Origin: Octopus vulgaris
Taxonomy: Eukaryota
Length of the DNA: 64,000 nucleotides
Reading direction: 5' to 3'
NCBI GenBank assembly: GCA_951406725.2
Contig: OX597834.1
Span: 1,798,001 to 1,862,000 of the forward strand
Positions 25,332 to 35,541 of the stretch are shown here, one piece after another. The notes below the pieces were generated by a model. That model ran no database searches, had not been told where the DNA came from, and saw nothing but the letters and a program-made list of their open reading frames with translations. A program made the position numbers and the translations under genes. How positions within the stretch are numbered: the stretch's first letter is position 1; each line of letters opens with the position of its first letter.

Positions 25332-26754
25332 TAAAGACTGGTTCAGTTGAAAGAGCACTGGAGAAAGTGACAGCTGTCATAGTAGTAATGGGGGTAGAGG
25401 TGATGGTGGGGGTGGTGGCGATGGTGGTGGTGGAAGTGATGATGGGGGTGGTGGTGGCAGTGGTGGTAATGGTGGTTGTGGCAGTGGTGGTAGTAGTAGT
25501 AGTAGTAGTAAGGGCCACGGCACTGAGAGGAGAGAAAGATTCTGCGACAACCATTCCAATTTCACTGTTGCTTTGTTTCTCAGAACTGGTCATTTCACTA
25601 TCACTACTCTCCACAGGAGAACTGGTCAGTCCAACTGTGCTGTCCTCCACATCAGCATTACCCAATCCAATATCGTTCCTCTCCATATCAGAACTGGCCT
25701 CTTCAACTGTGCTCCTCTCAGAATCACAATTGGCCATTCCAAGACTGCTGCTCTCTACATTAGAATTAACCATTCCAATATTGCTTTCCAGATGAGAATT
25801 AGCCAAGCCAATAATGGAACTACTCTCTGTCTCAGAATTGACCATTCCAATATTGCTACTGTCCATATGAGAACTCCCCATTCCAATGTCGTTCCTCTCC
25901 ATATGAGTATTAGCCATTCCAATATTGCTGCTGTCCATGAGAGAATTAGCCATGCCAATGTTGCTTCTCTCCATGTGAGGATTGACCATTCCAAAGTTGC
26001 TGCTTTCCATATGAGGATTGGTCATTCTGTATGCACTGTTCTCCATATGAGGACTGACCATTCCATAGTTCCTATTCTCCATATGAGAATTAACCATTCC
26101 AAAGTTGTTCTCTCTATGAGAATTGACCATTCCATAATTACTATTCTCCATATGAGAATTCACCATTCCATAATTACTGTTTTCCATATGAGAACTAACC
26201 ATTCCAAAGTTCCTGTTCTCCATGTGCGAATTCACCATTCCATAATTGTTGTTCTCCATATGTGAGCTAACCATTCCAAAATTACTGTTCTCCCTATGAG
26301 AATTGGCCAATCCAAAATTACTGTTTTCCCTGTGAGAATTGACCATTCCAAAGTTCCTGCTCTCCATATGAGAATTAACCATACCAAGGGTGCTGTTTTC
26401 CATATAATTTGCCATTCCGATGTTGCTGCTATCCCAATGAGAATTTGCCATTCTAATGTTGCTATTGTCTCGATGATAATTGGTCATTCCAGTGTTGTCT
26501 CTGTGATAATTGGGGAAATACATATTGTCGACAACCTGCAGTCTGTTGATAGGATCATTGTTTGGCGGCGCCACCGAGCACAAGTTGGTTGGAAACGAAA
26601 GTTGGTTTCTATCAAAGTCTGCTAAACCATTGTCCCCATTCACTGACTTCATCATTCCTTCCGAGTAGACAGTTTTGATGTCTTTGACAATGCTGTCCGT
26701 CTGTAAGAGGTCTGTGGCTATCTCATCCGTCTTCACAGCGCCCACATCTCCAAA
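1208..26754 (-). CDS. EHMT1: EHMT1/EHMT2 (GLP/G9a)-like histone H3K9 methyltransferase, partial spliced CDS (16 exons in window; pre-SET/SET exons off the left edge; true start unresolved)
   Basis: Exons 26754-22615, 20751-20727, 19624-19589, 18546-18476, 14453-14079, 10553-10431, 9364-9221, 8874-8666, 7493-7351, 6473-6407, 6006-5924, 5704-5598, 4756-4634, 3247-3146, 2386-2282 and 1323-1208 all have AG/GT boundaries and join into one open frame. Diagnostic motifs: [60 protein letters not shown]. Invertebrates usually have a single G9a/GLP co-orthologue, so EHMT1 versus EHMT2 is nominal. Confidence 0.93.
1831..2104 (-). mobile_element. tRNA-derived SINE, CpG-intact, inserted in a (TA)n tract
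   Basis: Minus strand GGAGGCGCAATGGCCTAGTGGTTAGGG (A box) ... GGTTTCGATTCCC (B box), followed by a non-tRNA body. Confidence 0.8.
2282..2386 (-). CDS. EHMT1: EHMT ankyrin-repeat exon with methyl-lysine cage residues ([14 protein letters not shown]...)
   Basis: 105 nt, phase 0-0; WTPIIWAAE matches the G9a H3K9me1/2-reading cage. Confidence 0.97.
3146..3247 (-). CDS. EHMT1: EHMT ankyrin-repeat exon ([15 protein letters not shown]...ADVNVQ)
   Basis: 102 nt, phase 0-0; ankyrin TCLHxAAKxG. Confidence 0.96.
3692..4551 (+). mobile_element. Decayed mariner (DD34D) transposon, 5'-truncated, in an EHMT intron
   Basis: Frameshifted fragments with [22 protein letters not shown] and FWKRG motifs; 3' TIR ...TTATGGGATGAGCCAA followed by TA. 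Confidence 0.9.
4634..4756 (-). CDS. EHMT1: EHMT ankyrin-repeat exon (AGGNIH...[24 protein letters not shown])
   Basis: tttacag|GCA ... GTC AAG|gtaaga; 123 nt, phase 0-0. Confidence 0.95.
5598..5704 (-). CDS. EHMT1: EHMT ankyrin-repeat exon (DGADPN...[20 protein letters not shown])
   Basis: 107 nt, phase 1-0; ankyrin consensus. Confidence 0.95.
5924..6006 (-). CDS. EHMT1: EHMT exon ([27 protein letters not shown])
   Basis: 83 nt, phase 2-1, AG/GT boundaries; resembles PKKLRFHPKQLY...GELQKVLLML. Confidence 0.93.
6407..6473 (-). CDS. EHMT1: EHMT exon ([22 protein letters not shown])
   Basis: ttttttcag|CT GGA ... GAA AG|gtgagg; resembles the GxxxGPGKExLExAL segment that precedes the ankyrin repeats in GLP. 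Confidence 0.88.
7351..7493 (-). CDS. EHMT1: EHMT exon ([10 protein letters not shown]...PTVFTS)
   Basis: ccccttcacag|A TCA ... TCA G|gtaat; 143 nt, phase 2-1, fits both neighbours. Confidence 0.82.
8666..8874 (-). CDS. EHMT1: EHMT exon, end of Cys-rich region (GRFYQC...HNFHKQC...YCPHCGEES)
   Basis: ctttcgctcag|GGA CGC ... CCA AA|gtaagt; 209 nt in a frame not listed in the ORF track. Confidence 0.93.
9221..9364 (-). CDS. EHMT1: EHMT exon, Cys-rich region (VMGCCNKV...CEFHR...[13 protein letters not shown])
   Basis: 144 nt, phase 0-0, AG/GT boundaries; HxCCPGCGxFC is a hallmark of G9a/GLP. Confidence 0.95.
10431..10553 (-). CDS. EHMT1: EHMT exon, start of Cys-rich region (VPLCCCK...[11 protein letters not shown])
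   Basis: aatttcag|GGC ... GGC AAG|gtatgt; resembles the G9a/GLP PLCSC...CMATES segment. Confidence 0.9.
13565..13902. repeat. Intronic 27-bp minisatellite, ~12 copies
   Basis: Unit GAACTGAACAGGGTACCCTAATACTGA in direct tandem with few substitutions and no spacers. Confidence 0.95.
14079..14453 (-). CDS. EHMT1: EHMT exon (375 nt, T/P/S-rich linker)
   Basis: tttctcttgtag|AAG CCA ... AAT AGG|gtaagt; 125 open codons, phase 0-0. Confidence 0.82.
17325..17585 (+). mobile_element. RTE-like LINE 3' fragment
   Basis: Decayed frame ...[25 protein letters not shown] resembles the R..GRP..RW.D.I motif. Confidence 0.55.
18476..18546 (-). CDS. EHMT1: EHMT exon (71 nt, [24 protein letters not shown])
   Basis: cttttgtttccag|GT TTA ... 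ACA AAG|gttagt; phase 1-0. Confidence 0.75.
18996..19222. mobile_element. TTAA-type MITE (CCCTTCAGCATT...AATGCTAAAGGG); partial relatives at ~8053 and ~58213
   Basis: 12-bp imperfect TIRs next to TTAA/TCAA. Confidence 0.6.
19589..19624 (-). CDS. EHMT1: EHMT 36-nt symmetric microexon ([13 protein letters not shown], phase 1-1)
   Basis: ttctttattccacag|AGAACAGT...AAAAAAG|gtaagt; frame-preserving, so it could be skipped. Confidence 0.6.
20727..20751 (-). CDS. EHMT1: EHMT 25-nt microexon (HKMDDCGK, phase 0-1)
   Basis: ttcttttccttttcag|CATAAAATGGATGACTGTGGGAAAG|gtaagt; bridges the phase-0 end of the giant exon to the downstream phase-1 exons. Confidence 0.75.
22615..26754 (-). CDS. EHMT1: EHMT giant N-terminal exon (4,140 nt, phase 0-0), disordered/low-complexity
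   Basis: Acceptor ttttgtgtttcag|TTT GGA GAT and donor ATT ACG|gtaagt lie within the 1487-aa ORF 22507..26970. The first in-frame ATG inside the exon is at 26655 (MMKSVNG) and could be the real start codon. Confidence 0.88.
25555..26511 (-). repeat. Coding tandem repeat, 36-nt / 12-aa unit (consensus [12 protein letters not shown]), ~27 degenerate copies
   Basis: Visible directly in the translation of the giant exon and in the DNA (recurring ccattcca...ctccatatgagaatt). Confidence 0.92.
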
Positions 26755-26889
26755 CTGAAACACAAAAATAAAAAAAATAAGAAAAAAAGTAAATATATAA
26801 TAAAACAAAAATATATAACAAACAAATATAAATACATAAATGAAATAAATAAAAATGTATAATAAACAAATAAAAACAAATATAAATAT

Positions 26890-27258
26890 GATGCTTGCTT
26901 CCCAACCACATGGTTCCTGATTCAGTCCAACTGCTTGGCACCTTGGGCAAGTGTCTTCTATTGTAGCCACAGGCCTTGTGAGTGGCTTTAGTAGACGGAA
27001 ACTGGAACAAGCCCATCATATATATATATATACACACGTGTTTATGTATTTGCATGCCTGTGCTTGTCTCGTCCCCTCATCATCGCTTGACAACCAATGT
27101 TGGTGTGTTTATGTCTCCACAGCTTAGCAATTTGGCAAAAGCGACCGATAGATTAAGTACTAGGCTTACAAAAAAATAAGTCCTGGGGTCAATTTGTTCG
27201 ACTAAAGGCAGTGCTCCAGCATGGCCACAGTCAAATGACTGAAACGAATAAAAGAATG
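26890..27258 (+). mobile_element. tRNA-derived SINE of a third family (related copies ~3445-3690, 45130-45500, 49965-50220, 56200-56510, 61320-61520)
   Basis: Shared CTTCCCAACCACATGGTTC..TTCAGTCCCACTG head and ...GGGTCGATTTGTTCGACTAAA..CCAGCATGGCC..AATGACTGAAACAA tail. This copy supplies the spurious first ~25 aa of the 1487-aa ORF. Confidence 0.75.
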
Positions 27259-28269
27259 AAACCAGTATTCAACTGGTCCTTATTTTATAAACTCCAAAAA
27301 GGATGAAAGGCTGGAAGAAATACCAGCAGGCATGTTGTCCAGCCCATCCAGCCCCCTAACCTGAACCCTTAATTGCATTTAATAATTTTACAACAACAGT
27401 AACTATTTCTTTAATTAACATCAGGCAACAGTGCTATGGGACAGAGAGGGAGAAACACACTCCTGAGGTAGTAATTGTACAGTCCAATCCAGTCCAGCCC
27501 AACCAACCAGAGACAGAGATAAATATGGTGAAATTAATTATTATGGTGTATATTTTCATTAGTTCTGACTTCACATTTTCATACCCAGCCATTAAGCCAC
27601 ACTATGGCTATACTGATGATGTAGACACATCCCAACAATGGCACCACCTTTTTGACCCCTTACAAGGCCTAAAAGACAAAACATTTATCAATTCGGTTTT
27701 CTTTCCAAACAGACTCCACAAATGTTCAATCTATGTACAATGCACGGCAACTCACAACATTAGCATGTATTGAGTACTTCAGCATTTTACAACAAAGTGT
27801 TCAATGCATCACTATTTTTGTCAGAGTCACTGTCAAGACAAGCATACACACACACACATTACAAGCTCCCATACATTTTCCACCATATTTCACTCCCAAG
27901 ACATTGGTCAGTCCAAGGACACTTGTCTAAGAAGCCTTGAGCCACAGGGTGGTGAAATGAACTTTCTAACCATACATTCATGGGAAATGGCAGAATCAGT
28001 GCCTGGTGATATTTGGTTATGTTCTAGCGACATCCCTTTATGCCAAGGTTAACTCGGATACCAAACAAAGTATGGGGTTTAATTTAATTGACCTAAAGAA
28101 AAAACTTTCAAGGTAGTGCCCCAGCAAGGCCACAGTTCACTGACACCAGGAAAAGAGTTTACCTTTTTCCTATTTATGTAATCAAGACAAGCATAAACAC
28201 AAATGCATACATTCACAGACACACAGAGATAATGTCCAGATAATGCAAGAGATAATGCCGGATTTATTT

Positions 28270-28740
28270 TCACTGATAAAATGGAGTGAGATAAGACAAA
28301 TAATTAAACTTCCTTCGTTAACAAGATGTTTAAGTTGTTTAATTATCACTTTCCTCTTTGGCCAAGCCCTCGTCAACTTTTACGAGTTTCCCTTGAAAGA
28401 GAAGTTGGGGGTGGAGAGGGAAGTGTTGCCTTGTAGCAAGTTTGATGAAAGGTGGGTGAATGTTGGAAGCATGGCCAGTGTGAAAGGACCAATTCCGAGC
28501 ATGCATCTGTGAAAAAAAAGGAAAAAGAGTCTTGCCCTGTTGTTCAGGCACCCATTGCTTTTGTGGGTTTTTCCACAAGGACCTTAAAGCACCTATTAGG
28601 AGTTTAATCTGTTCAATTTTAATTGTTATTTATATTGTGTACAGGTGAAAACCCATTGTATCATCCTGTTTTTGTCTTTAATGTTGTTATATGTCTTTTA
28701 ATGTTATTTTATGTGAGCCCTTGTGGCCAATAAAAGAAAT
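28270..28740 (+). mobile_element. LINE 3'-end fragment (family ending GCCCTTGTGGCCAATAAAAGAAAT); related copies at ~42885-43145 (-) and ~51895-52160 (+)
   Basis: Three mutually similar segments with decayed ORF ends (ERWVNVGSMASVKG / KMVSVKG) and a shared AATAAA-containing tail. Confidence 0.6.
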
Positions 28741-28982
28741 CATAATTATTATTATTAAAAGCAGTGAGCTAGCAGAATCATTAGCATACTGGGTAAAATG
28801 CTTAGTGGTACTTCACCCATCACTACATTCTGAGTTCAAATTCCGCCGAGGTCGACTTTGCCTTTCATCCTTTCAGGGTCGATAAATTAAGTACCAGTTA
28901 AACACTTGGGTCAATGTAATCAACTAACCCCCTCCCCCAAATTTCAGGCCTTGTGCCTATAATAGAAAGGATTATCATTATA

Positions 28983-29014
<32 letters not shown>

Positions 29015-29017
29015 CAT

Positions 29018-29382
29018 TATTACGTCCGCCTTCGTTAAAGTGGAGGTATTGTTTTCAGTCGTATTTGTTTGTCCGTGGACAAGATATCTCAAGAACCGCT
29101 GGATGAATTCAGATGAAACTTTCAGGGATGTTTGGCCTCATGACTGGCATGAACTGATTGGATTTTGGGATCAATCCAGTACCGGACAAGGTTTCTGGAT
29201 TATTTTTCCTGTTTTTTTCACTTAAATTTTGAGAGCGGTCGGGTTCATTTTTAGTATTCTCGTTTGTGAGAACAGTCAATTTTATTTCAGATATTCTCAT
29301 TTTAAAAATCATCTCTGGCTAATCATTGAGAGGATGTTGGTGTTGCTTTGGCAGAGGTTTGTACTCTCTGAGTGCTCTTGTT
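29018..29382 (+). mobile_element. Non-autonomous Helentron/Helitron-like element
   Basis: Subterminal inverted motifs TACGTCCGCC ... GGCAGAGGT, a 3' hairpin GTACTC-TCT-GAGTGC, insertion in a (TTA)n tract without a visible TSD, and a typical internal TTTGTTTGTCCGT...GATGAAACTT segment. Confidence 0.65.
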
Positions 29383-29971
29383 ATTATTATCATTATTATT
29401 AAGAAGGCATGCTGACAGAATCATTAGAATGTTGAACAAAATGCTTTGCAGTGTTTGTTTGAGCTCTTTACATTCTGAGCTCAAATTTTGCTGAGGTCAA
29501 TATTGCCTATCATTTCCATGGGGGTTGACAAAATAAAGTGACCAGGGTCTATGAAATTAACTCCTGCATTTGAAAAGTGCTGGCTTCGTGCCTAGTAGCT
29601 GCTGGTGGTGGTGGCAGTGTATATAGGTATAAACATGAGTGTGTGTGCATGAGTGCAAGTAATTTAAAAGTGTATTGCTAATACCAAGGAAGTGCGCCCA
29701 ACTGGTTTGTGTAACAGCATCTGGCTTGCTGAAACATGGATATGGTATATATAGTAAAACACTTATTATAATCACAAATGTTATCAGTTATTGTTATCAA
29801 ACTGTGAGTCCAAAATACATTTTTTTAAATAAAAATTATCCAGTTAATAGAATCAAAAGCTTTAGATACTATTATCTTCTGCTTAATGTTATCAGCTGAT
29901 TATTGTATCAAAATGCTTTTATATTCAAGTAATCACAACACTATGCTTGTGTGTGAGAGATACATATATAT

Positions 29972-30212
29972 CAGCGTTTCCCAACCAGGGTTCCACAAAA
30001 GGTTCCATGGGGTTCTGCGAGAAAGAGTTGAGAAAAGCTAATGCTAACTTCATGATATATAAGTAAATATTTATAAACATATATTTACCACGTAAACTAC
30101 GATGAAAAAATGACAAAGATTATGTGATATAATCATTTTTTATGCAGGGGTTCCCTGAGACATGCAATTTATTTTAAGGGCTATGCAAGGGTAAAAAGGT
30201 TGAGAAACACTG
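29972..30212. mobile_element. hAT-like MITE
   Basis: TIRs CAGCGTTTCCCAACC / GGTTGAGAAACACTG with internal GGGGTTC repeats; a related element at ~61215-61636 is interrupted by a SINE. Confidence 0.7.
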
Positions 30213-32681
30213 ATACACACACACACACACACACATGCATATACATCTCATTTAACATACACAATTTACAAAAGGGTTACTAATGGTCTCATCCGTTACA
30301 GATGGCATGTCGTATAAATCTGCCAAGTTATTGTATCTGCAAAGCATGAAATTATTTGTAGATGTTTTTGAAATTGTGCAAATTAAACGATATCTTTTTC
30401 TCCCTGGATGAAGTTCTTATTATTTTGTTGATCCCACCTACAATGGAACTACACATATGTGTATATGCATGTGTGTGTGTATGTGTGCATGTGTTAGTGA
30501 CTATCTTCTTGCCATAACATTGTGTGATAGTTGTGAGTGCCCTTCATTTCCAATCTTCCATGAAAACATGTCCGACAATGGGAGATGTTAGCTTACTTGG
30601 AAAGAGATCAGGGTTGGTGACAGGAAGGGTATCCAGCCAGGGAACAAATTCCATCCAACCCATGCAAACAAGGAAAAGAAAAGCAGATGTTAAAACAATG
30701 ATGATGACGATGATGATGATGATTCTATCTACCTATGTACTCTTATCTACCCCTTATCTACCCAGCTAACACACTAAAGTATAAAACAATACCTTTCTAT
30801 TGATAAACAAACAAAAGTCTTATTTCTGATGACATAGCAATTAAGACTGTGTCCTAATTAACAACTAAGCTAATCGGTGATGTGATGACATCATCAGGTG
30901 TCAGAGATAAACATATTTTCCTCACTGCATTGCTAATTAACTGACATGTGGACAAAAGAGGCAGAACTCGACTGGAAGTGAAATGAGTGTTTTTAAAGTA
31001 AAGTACTGTCACTAGGGTTGGTTGTACGAGTACCAGTAATAAACTTAGGTTGAACATAACCACCATCTTCTCTTACTACTTTTACTACACCTATGAGGCA
31101 GCAGCTTATGGAACAATGATGGACCAACTATATAAACTGCATGCTAAAAGTAGCAGCTAAATCTCACTCAAATAAGGATGAACGGAATGCCGCTAAGCAT
31201 TTTGCCCGCTGTTCAAACAACTCTGCCAACTCACCAAATCTAATAATAACAATAATAATTATTGGCCACAAGGACTAATATAGACAAAACATAAAATGAC
31301 ATGCAACAACATAAGACAACACAAGATGAGACAAAGGGTTTTCCACATAAATAATCCTTTTCACAATAGGCAGAAGGCCTCAAATTTGGTGGAAAGGGGT
31401 CTGGTCAATTACATCAAGCCCAGTGCTCAATTGGTATTTATTTCATCAACCCCAGAAGTATGAAATGCCAAGCTGACTTTGGAGGAATTTGAACTCAGAT
31501 AGAAAAAGTGCCATGAAAAACTTCATACAACTTGCCTAGAATTCTGCCATCGTTTATTGGCCACAAGGGCTAACAAAAATCAATTAAAACATAAAGGACA
31601 AAACTCAATCCTTTCTACAAAAGGCACAAGACCTGAAATTTGTTGGGAGGCGACCAGTCGATTACACTGAGCCCCGAAAGGATGAAAGGCAAAGTTGACC
31701 TCAGTGGAATTTGAACCCAGAATGTAAGGACAGAAGAAATGCCACTAAGCACTTTGCCCTGTGCGCTAATGATCCTGCTATGCCAAATACTGTCCCTTGA
31801 CGCCTTGGGTCAAGGTTTGGGAACCTAATACAGATTATAGCAAAGAATAATAATAATAATAATAATGCTTTCTACTATAGACACAAGGCCTGAAATTTGG
31901 AGGGAGAGGACTATTTGATTACATCAACCCCAGTGTTTCACTGGTACTTAATTTATTGACCCCCAAAAGGAGGAGAGGCAAAATCAGCATCAACAGAATT
32001 TGAACTCAGAATGTAGTGGCTATTATGCCAAGCAAAATATGCCAAGCAGCATTTCGTCCATCTTTATGTTCCAAATTCAAATTCCACTTTGATTGGTTTT
32101 TGTCTTTCATCTTTTGGGGGTTGATAAAATATAGTACCAGCTACATACTGAGGTTGACGAATAATCTGATGCCTTCTCCTCCAAATTACTGGCCTTGTGC
32201 CAAAATTATTATCATTATTATTATTTCTATGTTAATTAGTCAAAAAGTTCCAAGACATTGAGAACAATATTAATTAGTATCATATTTTTATATAGCTTTA
32301 AGAGCACAATTTTCAGTCTAGATCCCTACCCACAAGCAACAAGCATACATAACGGGGGTTGAGGGATACACAGTCAAGCAGTGCACAGCCCTACATGATT
32401 CCTAGAAGTAGATGGATGTGATATATATATATATATACACAGCAGCAATATAACGAAGTCAGCACACTCAGGTTTACACCCTCAATTGTTGCATCAATCA
32501 AAAAATTACAAAAGAAAACAATGAATTTACATTTCAACATAAATACATTAAAAAAACATATATATATGAAATGTCAAAAACATATACATATATATATATA
32601 CACACATACATACATAACCAACAAACACATATACATATATTATGTACGTTTTTATATACATATGCGGGTTGTGTTGATGTT

Positions 32682-32725
<44 letters not shown>

Positions 32726-32835
32726 AAACACAGTTACACTGACAAACACACACACACACATACATATATATATATTCAAATACTTGAGGCTCACGCAAAA
32801 ATATGAAGGACATACATAAGCGTGCACACACAAAC

Positions 32836-32876
<41 letters not shown>

Positions 32877-33382
32877 CACACATATACATATACTGAATAA
32901 CATGCATAACACACACACATTTCAAAAACGAAGCTCACACAAACACACTTTTCTCTTCACGCCCATTTTAATAACACCTCTTTCCACTCTCCCTCATAGA
33001 CTCGCAACTGAATCCTTTACCAATTCTACTTGTACCCCCCCCAACTCCCCCTCCCTCACTTCATTCTAATTAGAGTAAGAACTACATGCTAGAAACAGCA
33101 GCAAAAGATGTTGAAGGACAAACACACTGTTTTCCTTAAAAAAACAGGAAGATCAGGGTGGTCTCAGTTGAAGGCTGACCTCAGGTAAACTAAACAGAAA
33201 TTGCAGCAAAGGGCATGGTCAATAGTGCATTTGTAGAGGAGGCAAAAAAGACAGGATGGTCATGAGTGGAACACCTTTGATTACATGTTTGTTGGGATTG
33301 ACCTGAGGTTAAACACTGTGTTTACTTGAACATCCCTTCAGTACCAACCCCAACAAAGACATAGATGGGGAAACCGATAACT

Positions 33383-33413
<31 letters not shown>

Positions 33414-33656
33414 ATGTGTTATGTATGTATGTTTTATTTTGGTTAAGTCAATCGTGTGCAACTCCAAGTTTCAGAGGGCCTTCAGGTAAGTTACAATTTT
33501 TACCTGCCTAAAACCTTGTGCAGCCACAGATGAAGCTCAGTGTTGCAAGAAAGTAGCTTAAATAAGATTGAATATTAATCTGTAAGATGGTATCAAATAC
33601 TCTTTTTTGCTAACAGCCAACACAAATATACTGATATATCAATATATATACATATA

Positions 33657-33701
<45 letters not shown>

Positions 33702-33855
33702 GCACACACACATTCACTGCAAGCTGAAACTTTGACTAATCGTTATTCTAGATAAACTCAGAGTAATAATCAGTGATACTCTCAGCTGCCAATAAACAGA
33801 ACATTACATTTCACAGAGTACTTTGCTCCTTGTTTGCACAATAAACATACATACA

Positions 33856-33931
<76 letters not shown>

Positions 33932-34037
33932 CACACACGCATTAATACCTATATATATATATATAGTGAGAGAGAGAGAGGACATGTTGATGCAAACAGA
34001 AAAATATAGAACTCAAAATATGAGTATATGTATATAT

Positions 34038-34208
34038 TTTTTATTAATATTTAGCAGAAGTAACAGAGTGACTCAAGGTCTGAGATGTTCATGCGTTGGC
34101 ACATATCAAACTGGTCACAAGTCGAAACCCTGTGGGGTTAGAGTTGTTGATAAATTTTCCTCTGGAAGTTTGAGTCACTCTGTTACTTCTGCTAAATATT
34201 AATAAAAA
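34038..34208. mobile_element. MITE-like foldback with perfect 39-bp terminal inverted repeats
   Basis: 34038-34076 TTTTTATTAATATTTAGCAGAAGTAACAGAGTGACTCAA is the exact reverse complement of 34170-34208; flanked by TA-rich sequence. Confidence 0.85.
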
Positions 34209-34216
34209 TAATATAA

Positions 34217-34319
<103 letters not shown>

Positions 34320-35509
34320 CATCATCATCATCGTTTAAAGTCTGCTTTCCGCAATGAAACCCAACCCCCCAAAAAACCAGAAACCTTTAAGTATTATCCA
34401 ATCTATTACTAGATTCCCAAAGAAGGACAACAATGCAATATCAATGTTGTGTGTGTGAGTGTGTGTTCTAACTGAGATTATTATTTTAAAGGTGTAAGAA
34501 TAACAACACAAGGTTTACTAATTGGAGGAGAAAGGGTTCAACTGGGTTTATTGTAAAATTCCTGTTGCCTGGGACTCCAAGTTTCACCTGACAGCTTGCC
34601 CAACCATGACAAGGCTGTCAAGGGCAACTTGGAGTTCCATTCAACACACAAATTTTACAATATGTGTGTGTGTTCTTAAGTCCTGTAACTTAGTAGTTCA
34701 GCAAAAGAAACTGACAGAATAAGTACCAGGCTCAAAAGAATAAGTCCTGGGACTGGTTTGTGTAATTGAATCTGTCAAGTCAGTGGCCCAGTGTGGCCAC
34801 AGTTCAGTGATTGAAACAAGCATATGAGTGTGCTTGAATATAAGTGGGGAGGACAGGTTCAATCAGAGCTCCAGTATGGCCGCAATCCAATGACTGAAAC
34901 AAGTAAAAAGATTAATATATATATATATGTATACACACTTTGAAGGTTGTATTGTTTAACACATTTTACACACACATACACACACGTGGGGAAGGTTCCT
35001 TGAGCTAATCTTTCTAATTCTATCCCTAAAACTAATACCAAGCCCTATCCATCCCAAAATAAGCCACTACTACAATCAGACACCATTTAGAAGCCATGTT
35101 AAGAAGGCTGGCCAAATGTTCTGTAGGTGATCTTGGTGTTTAACCCCAGGTCAATCCTAATCTGGTAGAACTAAGATCAGAGCAGTCCAGATATGACTAC
35201 CACATCCTATTTGCAGACAATCCATCCAGATCCAGGACCATTATCCAAATTATGTCCATTCTGTTTGTTTTTTTTAAGGAGATGGGTGTGATTGGAGATT
35301 TGGGCTACTATTTATAGCAGTCAAAATCTCTGGATTTGTGTGTGTGTGTGTGTGTGTGGTGTTCATCATAGATTTTTGGGACAACACCAACAAACAAAAC
35401 AAAAAAACACAAAGGGAGAGGTCCACTTTAAGATATATGTGTGTATATATGTAAACACACACACATTGTGTATATGATCTCTTGTCTGCAGTCTTTGCAG
35501 TCTACAAGA

Positions 35510-35541
<32 letters not shown>

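Noticed and set aside
23828-26625. Plus-strand and off-frame ORFs (poly-L, poly-V, poly-A, HMRI repeats) overlapping the giant exon
   Set aside because: Antisense or shifted-frame shadows of trinucleotide and 36-nt repeats; no independent coding evidence.
26755-26970. First 72 aa of the 1487-aa ORF (MATIEDTCPRC...FIFVF) as a signal or transmembrane segment
   Set aside because: It is read-through of a SINE and the intronic T-rich tract upstream of the tttcag acceptor at 26755.
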